A program made the position numbers and the translations under genes. The notes under the pieces are model-generated. The model ran no database searches, was not told where the DNA came from, and worked only from the letters and a program-made list of their open reading frames with translations. Source: Thermoplasmata archaeon (lineage in GTDB: Archaea > Thermoplasmatota > Thermoplasmata > RBG-16-68-12). From it: a DNA stretch of 35,724 bases. Below, piece after piece: positions 8,909 through 16,863 of this stretch (within the stretch, counting starts at the first letter, position 1; the number at the start of each line of letters is the position of its first letter). The DNA lies in assembly GCA_035637195.1 (NCBI GenBank), contig DASPXQ010000061.1:1-35724 (forward strand). The letters are read 5' to 3'.

Positions 8909-11011
8909 TCACGGCGCTTCGCGGAACACCGACCCAAGGCTTCCGTCGACCCAGAGCGAACGCGGGCGGCCGTCTCCGTTCGATACGACATCGAACCGCC
9001 AAATCGGGAGAAGCACGAGTTCCGGCTCGACCGCCGACGGCTTCACGCCGAGCGTCGTGCGGACAATCTCCTGCGCCCGCGACGGGCCGACCTGCGCGAT
9101 CCGGATCGAGTCGTCGATTCGGGCCGAGGGGATGCGCTCCAGGAGGGATTTCGGCGCGAGCGGCTCGAGCTTCACCGCGTCCTTGCGGGGGATCTCCTCG
9201 AACGTGATGCGGCCGTACACCCCGTGGCCCAGCTCCCCCGTCGCCGCGTTCACATAGAACTGACGGACCACGCGGCCCCCTTTGCGGCCGAGCGGGACCT
9301 CCGCCTCCACCCGCCACAGCGGGAGGTAGTAGAACGCCTTGCGGGCCACCTGCTCCCGCGGGCTGAGCAACCGCCGGCGGGCGTGGTCCCGGACGACCTT
9401 CGTCGCGCGGACGAGCGGGAACCGCAGCGGGAACATCGCGACTTGCGCGGGCGCGCCCCGGCGGGGATCGAACCCGACCGTCGGGTCCCAGTACACCTCG
9501 CGTCCGTCGAGGCGCTCCGCCGTGAGGAGCCGATGCTCGACGAGCTTCCGCAGGAGGATCGGGAGGAACTTCTCGTCGGCCACGACACGCGTCGCGATCT
9601 CCGATTGCCCGTACAGCCCCGGCGCGTCCTCGAAGACCTTCAGCACGCGGAGGCCGATTCCCTCCTCCACGGCGGTGGGTACCGTCGCCTTCGCGTCCCG
9701 GGCGGCCGCCGCCGCCATCCGCCGCCGACGCGCGATCCGGTCCTCGGCCATCGGCTCGGCAGGGGAAAGAGTCCCGGTCGCTTGAATCTCCCGGAACTTC
9801 TCCTCCGGCACGACCTCGTGGCGGGTCGCGAGGCCGCGCACCCGCAGGCGTTGCGCGGACGTCAGGTGGTCCGGCGACAGGAGGATGAACTCGCCCGCGC
9901 GCAACGATGGGATCGCCGCGAGGATCCCTTCCGGCGGCCCGTTGACGGACGCGATCACGTGCCGCACCCGGTCGAGGTCCTGCCTCGCCATGAGCCGACC
10001 GAGCGCCCAGGTGCTCGCCTGCCCGAGCGCCTTGTAGTCCAGGTCCGTGACGTTCTGCGTCGCGACGATCACGCCGACGCCGTACTTGCGCGCCTGCCGG
10101 AACAGGAGGGAGAGGAACTTCTTCGCCGGCGGGTTCCGCGGATGCGGCGGACAGAGGCCCGCGACCTCGTCGATGTAGACGACGAGCCGCAAATCACCGA
10201 GGGGCTTGGCGGTCATCCAGGCGACGACGTCTTTGCACAACGTTGCGACCACCAGCTCCCGCTCCCGTGGGTTGCGCAGGCCGCCGGTGTACACGACGCT
10301 CACGGGCACGCGGTCTCCCGGCGCGGGACGGACCATCGACTCGACGTCGAGCGCCGGTCCGGCGGTGAACAGGAGGCCTTTCGCCCCGACGGTCATCGAC
10401 TGCGCACGGCGGACGAGGGAGGCGCGCTCTTGCTTCGTCTGAAGGGCCGTGGCGTCCGGCGGCGCTTCGGCTTCGAGGATCTTCACCAGACCCGCGATGT
10501 CCCGCGGCCACCGGCCCCCTTTGAGGCAGGATTGAAGCGTAAGAAAGAGCACATCCTTCGCGCGGCCGCCCGTCTCGCCGGAGGGATCGTAGCCCATCGC
10601 GGCGGCGAGGCTCTCCGCGAGCGCGTCGAGCGCGACGACGAGGTCCTCGGGCGCCGCGGCGACGGGAGGCGACTTGAGCGGATTCAGCCCGACCGGGGTG
10701 CCGCGCGTCGAGCCCGGCGTGAGGATCGACACGGCGGCCCGGGACCAGTACTCCTCGACGACCTCCGGGTCCGCCGGGTGCTCCTTCGCCGACGCGTCCG
10801 TGTGCGCGAGCGCGAGGGACGCGAGATCTCCTTGCGGGTCGACCGCGATCACGGGGACGCCCGCGCGGACCGCTTCTTCGATGAACGCCTTCGCGAGGAC
10901 CGTCTTGCCGGCGCCGGTCGCACCCAAGATGACGACATGGCGCAGGAGCGCGTCCTCCGGCAGCTCGACGGGCGTCTTCGCCTCCGGATCAGTTCCAAGC
11001 TGGAGCGACAT
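8909..11011 (-). CDS. HerA/FtsK-superfamily P-loop ATPase (DUF87/DUF853-like core) with about 250-aa C-terminal extension
   Basis: 700 aa. Walker A GATGAGKT followed by GVPVIAVDPQGDL, Walker B LVVYIDEV, then VIVATQNVTDLD. The extension (aa ~445-700) looks like a wHTH plus two repeats of a helix-beta-beta module. Confidence 0.75.
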   Translation of the reverse strand: MSLQLGTDPEAKTPVELPEDALLRHVVILGATGAGKTVLAKAFIEEAVRAGVPVIAVDPQGDLASLALAHTDASAKEHPADPEVVEEYWSRAAVSILTPGSTRGTPVGLNPLKSPPVAAAPEDLVVALDALAESLAAAMGYDPSGETGGRAKDVLFLTLQSCLKGGRWPRDIAGLVKILEAEAPPDATALQTKQERASLVRRAQSMTVGAKGLLFTAGPALDVESMVRPAPGDRVPVSVVYTGGLRNPRERELVVATLCKDVVAWMTAKPLGDLRLVVYIDEVAGLCPPHPRNPPAKKFLSLLFRQARKYGVGVIVATQNVTDLDYKALGQASTWALGRLMARQDLDRVRHVIASVNGPPEGILAAIPSLRAGEFILLSPDHLTSAQRLRVRGLATRHEVVPEEKFREIQATGTLSPAEPMAEDRIARRRRMAAAAARDAKATVPTAVEEGIGLRVLKVFEDAPGLYGQSEIATRVVADEKFLPILLRKLVEHRLLTAERLDGREVYWDPTVGFDPRRGAPAQVAMFPLRFPLVRATKVVRDHARRRLLSPREQVARKAFYYLPLWRVEAEVPLGRKGGRVVRQFYVNAATGELGHGVYGRITFEEIPRKDAVKLEPLAPKSLLERIPSARIDDSIRIAQVGPSRAQEIVRTTLGVKPSAVEPELVLLPIWRFDVVSNGDGRPRSLWVDGSLGSVFREAP

Positions 11012-11086
11012 GGCATTCCTTCGGTGGGCGGTTGAGCGTTAACTGACGGGCGACATATACCTTTGGCGGGGCTTCCCAAAGCGGCC

Positions 11087-11365
11087 TCAGGTCAGCGGAG
11101 AAAAGAGACAACGACATCTTCCGCTTTCGACGCCGGACGGGGACTTCGCCACGGTCCCGGCGACGCTCTCCGAGACTTTCGACTGCCCGAGGTCCTCGCC
11201 GTACAACGTGGCGTCCGTCAGGGGCGCGAACGTCCCGGCGTCGAAGTCAGCCCGGACCTTCGAGTCGAGGAAGATCGACCTCGGCACGACGATCGTGTTC
11301 ACGCCGACGACGAACGGCCCGTACGCCGACGTAAGGTCGAACCGAAAGTCCGACGAACCACCCAT
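11087..11365 (-). pseudogene. Orphan fragment homologous to an internal segment of the 12070-13950 gene
   Basis: The 92-aa ORF contains FDLTSAYGPFVVGVNTIVVPRSIFLDSKVRADF...LYGEDLGQSKVSESV. The large protein has FDVTSAYGPFVVGVNTIVVPRSIFLDSKLKADL...LYGEDLSQASVSESV. Flanking residues are unrelated. Confidence 0.6.
11258..11329. repeat. 72-nt perfect direct repeat, copy 1 (core of the duplicated gene segment)
   Basis: cttcgagtcgaggaagatcgacctcggcacgacgatcgtgttcacgccgacgacgaacggcccgtacgccga is identical to 13351-13422. Confidence 0.9.
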
Positions 11366-11420
11366 GCCGTCGGCGTCCGTGTCCGCAGCCTCGGAGTCAG
11401 GCCAATGCTCCCCGTCTCCG

Positions 11421-12065
11421 CTAGCTGTAGACAGCGTCGAATCGGTCCTTGGGAATCATGATGTCTTCGCCCCTTGCAGCCCGCGCTCGGTTCTCCGGCG
11501 TCTCGATTTCGACCCGCATGATTGCGAGTATCTTCGCGTATCGTCGGACCTCCTTCTCACCGACGTATAGCAAGAGGTCTAGGGCATTCAGTTGGAACGT
11601 AAGGCCATCCCTTAGTGTGACGTTGTAGGCGGGCACGAACCCCTTCCTCTCAGCCGCGGGGGTCATGGAGACTATGTCCTTGTAGGGAAGGAACCAGTCT
11701 TCCTTCGAGAGGCACTGTTTGGGCTTGAAAGGTGGGTAGAAACCGTCCGCAGAGATTGCCACTCGATTGACGGCTAGGATCGTCCTCCGGGTGTGGAACC
11801 AAGCCCCGAGCGCCATGACCGCGACAACCGGGGCCACACTAGCGTAGTATCTGAGCGGGTCGGCCGTGACGATTTCGCCACCTTTGAGGAACGGAGCCAG
11901 AGCGATCGGAGCGATCACAAGGAAGAAGACGACTCCAAACCACAGGACGCCCCACTGAATCTTTCGTTCCAGGCGCCTGCGGCGCACTCGTTTGGGGGCG
12001 ATTTCAATTAGGGCTATTCCCGACCGCGGGGCCAGAGAGTCAGGGCTTGTTGCGAGGGATGACAC
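11421..12065 (-). CDS. Two-TM membrane protein with a possible bacterial-PH-like C-terminal domain
   Basis: 214 aa. Basic stretch KRVRRRRLERK, two hydrophobic helices, then a beta-rich ~110-aa domain. The start lies 4 nt after the stop of the upstream large gene. The fold assignment is a guess. Confidence 0.5.
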   Translation of the reverse strand: MSSLATSPDSLAPRSGIALIEIAPKRVRRRRLERKIQWGVLWFGVVFFLVIAPIALAPFLKGGEIVTADPLRYYASVAPVVAVMALGAWFHTRRTILAVNRVAISADGFYPPFKPKQCLSKEDWFLPYKDIVSMTPAAERKGFVPAYNVTLRDGLTFQLNALDLLLYVGEKEVRRYAKILAIMRVEIETPENRARAARGEDIMIPKDRFDAVYS

Positions 12066-12069
12066 CGAC

Positions 12070-13950
12070 TCAGCCTTCTGACAGCGCGTTGTTCAACTTT
12101 CCGATATCGGAAACCAAGTCTGTTGCTGTGGTAGCGATGCCGATGGCATTCATCGCGACGGTCACCGGATAGAGGAACGGGTACCATCCCCGGACCAGAT
12201 TTGCGCCCCGCCCTGAAATCTTGATCATGTCCTTCAGCCCAGACAAGGCGAGGTAGAGGGCTATGACATCCGCCACGACCAGTAGTGTCAGACCGAAAAC
12301 AGTTTCCCCCAAGGTTGCTCTAATCACTGCCGAGACTCCCAGAATCATCAGCCCGAGGATCGAATCCTTGAGCGCCGTTTCGACGCCTTGGATCGGCTTC
12401 AATGGCCTCTGCGCCAGCTCGTATGCGAACAGGAACTGCGCCACGGTGAACGTCGCCCCGGTGACCTCGTTAAACCTGGGCGGTAGCAGGTTCTCGATGA
12501 CTGCAGACCCGAGCCACGCGTTGATCGCCGCCACGACGAGCATCCCGATAATCAGGCCTGCGATGGCTCCGATGACGATCCCCGCGACGTTCGCGAGACC
12601 GAGAGTCATCGCGTTCGTAGTCTTCTCGGCGACGCTGAAGGCGACGATGATCGCAAAGATTGCCAGGGCGAAGGCAGAGAAGAATGTGAGTTGGATCAAG
12701 CCGCGGACGAAGTCGTCCGCAGAAAGGCTCCGGATCGACATGACCAGGGCCGCGACCTCGTTCGCCCAAGCGAGGTAGGCATCCACGATGGGTTTCGTCA
12801 GCGGGACCACGATTGAGTTCCAGATGGCCATGATCGCCTGGACGAGGCCGTCGACGAACTGGTTGAACACCTCCCCCGCCTTCTGCGCGACCGCCACGAC
12901 CTTCTCCCAGATCGCCCCGAGCGCCCTCATCCCCCAGTCGACGATCGCCTCCGCCAGGTTGACGAGGAACGTGCCGAGGGCGACGAGGCCGTCGTAGAAC
13001 ATCTGGCCGAGCTGCACGAGGACGTTCACGAAGCCCGGCATGCCGGCCGGCGCCGCGCCCGTCGCGCCGTTCGTCACCTTCGCCCACGGCAGGATCCGCA
13101 CGACGTCGTACGGCAGGTTGACCAAGAGGACGTACGACGTGACGTCGACGTAGCTGTAGACCTGGACGTTCGTCGCGTTCTGTAGCAACCGGCTCAGGAC
13201 GTTGTACGCGTTCGCGCCGGAGAGGGACAGCGCAATGACGTTCATCACGCTCTCCGAGACGCTCGCCTGGCTCAGGTCCTCGCCGTACAGCGGCGCGTCC
13301 GCGAGGGGCCATTGCCGCGACGCATCCCCCGAGACGAGGTCCGCCTTCAGCTTCGAGTCGAGGAAGATCGACCTCGGCACGACGATCGTGTTCACGCCGA
13401 CGACGAACGGCCCGTACGCCGAGGTGACGTCGAACGTGAACACGTAGTACCGATCCTGTCCAACGAGCCGGCTCTGGCCATTCGCCAGGGTGATCGTCGT
13501 GTTCCCGTCCGTGACGAACAGCGTCTTCGCCTTCGGCAGGGCGACCGTCCAGACGTCGAACGTCATCCAGGAGTACCCGTTGTACAGCGTGCACGACGAG
13601 ACGCCCGAATTGAGCGTGCACGAGGGCGAGCCGGAGTTGAGCGTGTAGGTTATTGATCCGTCAACGAGGACGTCGTCCCATAGCAATCCGTCGACGGACC
13701 ATCCGGTCCCCCGCACGGAGGCCGACGCGACATCGTCCGGGACGTCCGCGTAGTACGTCAGGTCGAAGACCGCCGTGGAGGCGATGTTGGACCCGCACGG
13801 GAAGGAGAAGTAGACGTCCTCCGTTGCCCACCGGTGCTCCGTGACCCACGTGTACGCGTCGTTCACGCGGATGACCCCCGCGAGTTCCGGCGTGTCGCGG
13901 TCAGAACATTCCCGGGCACGAATTCGCCATGGTCGGAACGTCACCCGCAT
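12070..13950 (-). CDS. Large membrane protein: beta-rich N-terminal region, Ala/Val-rich helical middle, about 6 C-terminal TM helices; unknown function
   Basis: The track ORF (to 14019) runs through the tRNA, so I trimmed it to the first ATG after the tRNA (13950, MRVTF). No signal peptide is visible. The true start is uncertain. Confidence 0.55.
   Translation of the reverse strand: MRVTFRPWRIRARECSDRDTPELAGVIRVNDAYTWVTEHRWATEDVYFSFPCGSNIASTAVFDLTYYADVPDDVASASVRGTGWSVDGLLWDDVLVDGSITYTLNSGSPSCTLNSGVSSCTLYNGYSWMTFDVWTVALPKAKTLFVTDGNTTITLANGQSRLVGQDRYYVFTFDVTSAYGPFVVGVNTIVVPRSIFLDSKLKADLVSGDASRQWPLADAPLYGEDLSQASVSESVMNVIALSLSGANAYNVLSRLLQNATNVQVYSYVDVTSYVLLVNLPYDVVRILPWAKVTNGATGAAPAGMPGFVNVLVQLGQMFYDGLVALGTFLVNLAEAIVDWGMRALGAIWEKVVAVAQKAGEVFNQFVDGLVQAIMAIWNSIVVPLTKPIVDAYLAWANEVAALVMSIRSLSADDFVRGLIQLTFFSAFALAIFAIIVAFSVAEKTTNAMTLGLANVAGIVIGAIAGLIIGMLVVAAINAWLGSAVIENLLPPRFNEVTGATFTVAQFLFAYELAQRPLKPIQGVETALKDSILGLMILGVSAVIRATLGETVFGLTLLVVADVIALYLALSGLKDMIKISGRGANLVRGWYPFLYPVTVAMNAIGIATTATDLVSDIGKLNNALSEG
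13351..13422. repeat. 72-nt perfect direct repeat, copy 2
   Basis: Identical to 11258-11329. Weaker similarity extends to about 13250-13443 versus 11165-11350, with an indel. Confidence 0.9.
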
Positions 13951-13961
13951 CCAGAGGCCGA

Positions 13962-14035
13962 CGCCCCTGCTGGGATTCGAACCCAGGTCTGAAGCTCCGC
14001 AGGCTTCTAGCCTGTCCAAACTAGCCGACAGGGGC
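13962..14035 (-). tRNA. tRNA-Arg (anticodon GCG)
   Basis: Folded by hand. Acceptor GCCCCTG/CAGGGGC. D stem GGCT/GGCT (two G-U pairs) with a GG-containing loop. Anticodon stem GAAGC/GCTTC with loop CTGCGGA. T arm CTGGG-TTCGAAT-CCCAG. Discriminator G. No encoded CCA. Confidence 0.88.
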
Positions 14036-14060
14036 GCAGCGGCGCCAAACGGCCCGGGCC

Positions 14061-14066
14061 TATTTG
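14061..14066 (-). promoter_or_regulatory. TATA-like box for tRNA-Arg
   Basis: The minus strand reads CAAATA, centred about 28 nt upstream of the tRNA 5' end. Confidence 0.45.
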
Positions 14067-14087
14067 ATGATGCTGATTGCGCTCCGC

Positions 14088-14717
14088 CTAGGCCTTGAGC
14101 ACTTCAATCGTCCGGAGGAAGATCTCCTCGATTAGCCCGCTCGCATAGACCTCGCGCAGCAGGCCGCGGTCCCGGTAGTACTTAATCAGCGGCGCCGTCT
14201 GCTTCTCGTGCGTCTCAATCCGCTTGCGCACGACGTCCTCCTTGTCGTCCGCACGGATGATGAGGGTCGTGCCGCACTTGTCGCAGATGCCGGGCTTCTT
14301 CGGCGGGTTCATCAGGATGTGGTAGACCGTGTCGTCCTTCGGGCACACGCGCCGGCCCGTGTTCCGCTTGATCAGGTCCTCCGGCTCGAGGAAGAGGCTC
14401 ACGACCGCGTCGAGCTTCGTGAGTTTGGAGAGCGCCTCCGCCTGCGCGATGTTCCGCGGGAAGCCGTCGAGGATGAAGCCCTTCTTGGCGTCCGGCTCCT
14501 TGAGCCGACGTTCCGTCATCGCGATCACGAGGTCGTCCGGCACGAGCCGCCCGGAGTCCATGTACGCCTTCGCCTTCTCCCCGAGAGGCGTATTGTCGAC
14601 GACGTTCCGCCGCAGGATGTCTCCGGTCGAGATCCGCGGCACACCGAGGTACGCGGAGAGCTTCTCGGCCTGGGTGCCCTTACCCGCGCCCGGGGGGCCG
14701 AGGAGGACGAGACGCAT
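14088..14717 (-). CDS. adk: Adenylate kinase (long-lid, bacterial type)
   Basis: MRLVLLGPPGAGKGTQ P-loop. Lid with CPKD...CDKC (Cys-Asp-Cys-Cys metal-site pattern). Confidence 0.92.
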   Translation of the reverse strand: MRLVLLGPPGAGKGTQAEKLSAYLGVPRISTGDILRRNVVDNTPLGEKAKAYMDSGRLVPDDLVIAMTERRLKEPDAKKGFILDGFPRNIAQAEALSKLTKLDAVVSLFLEPEDLIKRNTGRRVCPKDDTVYHILMNPPKKPGICDKCGTTLIIRADDKEDVVRKRIETHEKQTAPLIKYYRDRGLLREVYASGLIEEIFLRTIEVLKA

Positions 14718-14812
14718 AGCCCATGCAGAACGAGTCGGCGGTCAAAAGACTTTGGACGCCACGAGGCGGTCTACCGGACCCGGCCGCTGGAGCAGCTTCG
14801 GGTCCCGAAGAC

Positions 14813-14834
14813 CATACCTCTACTTAGAGGTATG
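14813..14834. other. A/T-rich perfect palindrome / hairpin (9-bp stem, 4-nt loop)
   Basis: CATACCTCT-ACTT-AGAGGTATG. It lies between the MFS stop (14895) and the adk start (14717). Confidence 0.5.
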
Positions 14835-14894
14835 ACGCCCTCCACGGATCGCATGAGAGAGCCTTTGCGGAGGTGTCCGACCGGCTCGTCCGTC

Positions 14895-16112
14895 TCACGT
14901 CGTCGGCTCGACGTCTCGGAAAGCCGCGTAGAACCATCCGATCGCGACGATGTAGAACGCGGTCGCGATGAAGATCGGGAGATCGAGATGGCCCGACGCC
15001 ATGAGGACGCCACCCGCGACCGTGCTCACGCTGTTCGGGATCCGCCAGACGAGGGAGTTCAGGGCGCTCGCGAAGCTCCGCTGGTCCGGCTCCACGATCC
15101 CCATGACGAACGAGTCGGCGAGGGGGATCGACATGTTCATCAGCGACGCGCGGACGACGTAGATCGCGCCGGCGGATACGGGGCTCGGAGCGAACGCCAG
15201 GGCGAGCATGAACGCCGTCGAGATGCCCTGGGTCGCCGCGATCGCCGGCACGCGTCCCCACCGCTTCGCAAGGCGAGAGCTCGCCACGGCGGCAAATCCG
15301 ATCGTCAGGCTCGCGATGCCGAGCACGGGACCGCTGAACGAGTCCGGCACCGCGAACTTCAGGAAGAGCCACGTCGGGATGAGGGGGATGATGAATCCGG
15401 CCCCGAGCCCGATGAGGCCGTTGTATCCGGAGAACCGCGCGAGGAGCCGCAAGTCCCGCCCGCGGAAGAACCGCTGCCGGCTCGGCGGCGCGTCCCGGTA
15501 TCCCCGAAACAGGAAAAACAGCGCGATCGGCGAGACGACGGCCCCTGCGGCGAGGATGAGGAACGTGGCGACATGGACCGTCCGCGAGTCCACGCCGGTC
15601 GCCGCCTCGAGGGGCGGCAGGAATAACGGAATCGTGTAACCCGCTCCGGTCGCCAGCGCGCTCACGATGAAGGAGAGGGCGAAGGCGGGATCGCGGTTCT
15701 CGGGGACCGTCTGGTCCGCGATCAGCGCGTTCCATGTCGAGCTGAAGGCCCCGTCGACGAGGCCGGCGAGGAAGGAGGCGACCAGGAGGATCCGCACGTC
15801 CAACGTCAGGGCGAACGTCGCGATGATCGGCGGGAACACGACGAGCGCGACGAGCAAGACACGCATCTTGCCCTTCCGGTCCGCGAGGATGCTGAGCGGG
15901 ATCGAGCCGAGGATCAACGCGCCCCCGTTGACGCCGAGCAGCAGGCCGATCGTCCCCGAGTCGAAGCCGAGCTCCGGGAGGTACGCCGGGACCCACACGA
16001 GGAAGAATCCGTACGCGATGGCGGACGGCGCGAGGAGGACGATGAACCACACGACCCGGCGAGGCACCGGCACGCGCGTCCGCGGGGTGTCCGGCGAAAC
16101 GGTCGACGCCAT
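14895..16112 (-). CDS. MFS transporter
   Basis: 405 aa, about 12 hydrophobic helices. MFS motif-A-like LADRKGKMRVLL between TM2 and TM3. Confidence 0.8.
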   Translation of the reverse strand: MASTVSPDTPRTRVPVPRRVVWFIVLLAPSAIAYGFFLVWVPAYLPELGFDSGTIGLLLGVNGGALILGSIPLSILADRKGKMRVLLVALVVFPPIIATFALTLDVRILLVASFLAGLVDGAFSSTWNALIADQTVPENRDPAFALSFIVSALATGAGYTIPLFLPPLEAATGVDSRTVHVATFLILAAGAVVSPIALFFLFRGYRDAPPSRQRFFRGRDLRLLARFSGYNGLIGLGAGFIIPLIPTWLFLKFAVPDSFSGPVLGIASLTIGFAAVASSRLAKRWGRVPAIAATQGISTAFMLALAFAPSPVSAGAIYVVRASLMNMSIPLADSFVMGIVEPDQRSFASALNSLVWRIPNSVSTVAGGVLMASGHLDLPIFIATAFYIVAIGWFYAAFRDVEPTT

Positions 16113-16139
16113 GGGCCGTCCGGGCGAACGGCGACCCGG

Positions 16140-16146
16140 TTATCTA
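16140..16146 (-). promoter_or_regulatory. TATA-like box for the MFS gene
   Basis: The minus strand reads TAGATAA, centred about 31 nt upstream of the ATG at 16112. Confidence 0.4.
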
Positions 16147-16239
16147 GCCTCTGGTGAGGTCGGCGAACGGGATTTGCCGCGCGATTCCGAAGTTCCATAA
16201 CGGACGAACGTCTTCGCGATTGCTCGGGAGAGAGACCCA

Positions 16240-16863
16240 ATGCGGATCGGGATCATCGGGGCGGGGCACATCGGCGGGACGGCTGCGAAGCTGTTCGCCC
16301 AGGCGGGACACGACGTGGCGGTATCGAATTCGCGGGACCCGGCGTCCTTGGATCCCCTGGTCTCGTCCATCGGGCCGAGGGCGAAGGCCACGACGCCTGC
16401 GGATGCCGCGACGTTCGGAGACGTGATCCTCCTGGCAATCCCATGGAGGAAGATGGACCAGCTCCATCCCGCGGACCGGTTCGCCGGGAAGGTCGTCATC
16501 GACGCGATGAATCCGTACTCGGCGGCGGGCCGCGTCATCGACCTCGGGGAGAGCACGTCGAGCGAGGAGGTAGCGAAGCGACTCCCGGGCGCTCGCCTCG
16601 TCAAGGCCTTCAACACAATGGGTTGGAAGACCTTGGAGACCGGCGGACGGCCGTCGTCGAAGGGCCGGCTCGCCGTCTTCGTCGCGGGCGACGATGCAGC
16701 CGCCAAAACGACGGTCGCGAAACTCATCGAGGAGATCGGGTTCGCGGCGGTCGATACGGGTTCGCTCCGCGACGGCGGGCGACGCCAGCAACCCGGCTCA
16801 CCGATCTACGGGAGGCCGATGACCGCGTCCGAAGGCTCGGAAATCCTCCGCCGCCGACCATGA
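16240..16863 (+). CDS. NADPH-dependent F420 reductase-like NAD(P)-binding oxidoreductase
   Basis: MRIGIIGAGHIGGTAA Rossmann start. AIPW and VKAFNT motifs typical of the F420_oxidored/NpdG family. Confidence 0.75.
   Translation: MRIGIIGAGHIGGTAAKLFAQAGHDVAVSNSRDPASLDPLVSSIGPRAKATTPADAATFGDVILLAIPWRKMDQLHPADRFAGKVVIDAMNPYSAAGRVIDLGESTSSEEVAKRLPGARLVKAFNTMGWKTLETGGRPSSKGRLAVFVAGDDAAAKTTVAKLIEEIGFAAVDTGSLRDGGRRQQPGSPIYGRPMTASEGSEILRRRP

Noticed and set aside
9224-11035. A 603-aa plus-strand ORF opposite the ATPase gene.
   Set aside because: It is Arg-rich low-complexity translation with no motifs, and it overlaps a gene with clear Walker motifs on the other strand. The same reasoning applies to 679-1950(+), 2388-3488(+), 4583-5647(-), 5704-6507(-), 7628-8599(-), 14208-15626(+), 24142-25902(-), 26559-27998(-) and 26849-28141(+).
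11040-11110. A search for a partial tRNA-Arg 3' repeat (att site) at the far end of the 11-14 kb module.
   Set aside because: I could find no copy of the tRNA T-arm/acceptor sequence there by eye, so a classical tRNA-att boundary cannot be claimed.
13951-14019. The N-terminal 23 codons of the track ORF 12070-14019.
   Set aside because: They are the reverse read-through of the tRNA-Arg gene (MDRLEACGASDLGSNPSRG mirrors the tRNA T arm and acceptor), so they are not coding.
14088-14717. Bacterial-type long-lid adenylate kinase in an archaeon, considered as a horizontal-transfer signal.
   Set aside because: The composition matches the flanks, and long-lid Adk occurs in several archaeal lineages. 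It is not evidently anomalous without a phylogeny.
14824-16050. A 408-aa minus-strand ORF in an alternative frame of the MFS gene. Similar alternative-frame ORFs occur at 12470-13621 and 19499-20923.
   Set aside because: These are same-strand, out-of-frame shadows. The chosen frames give hydrophobic helices or domain motifs, whereas these give Arg/Pro/Gly-rich sequence.
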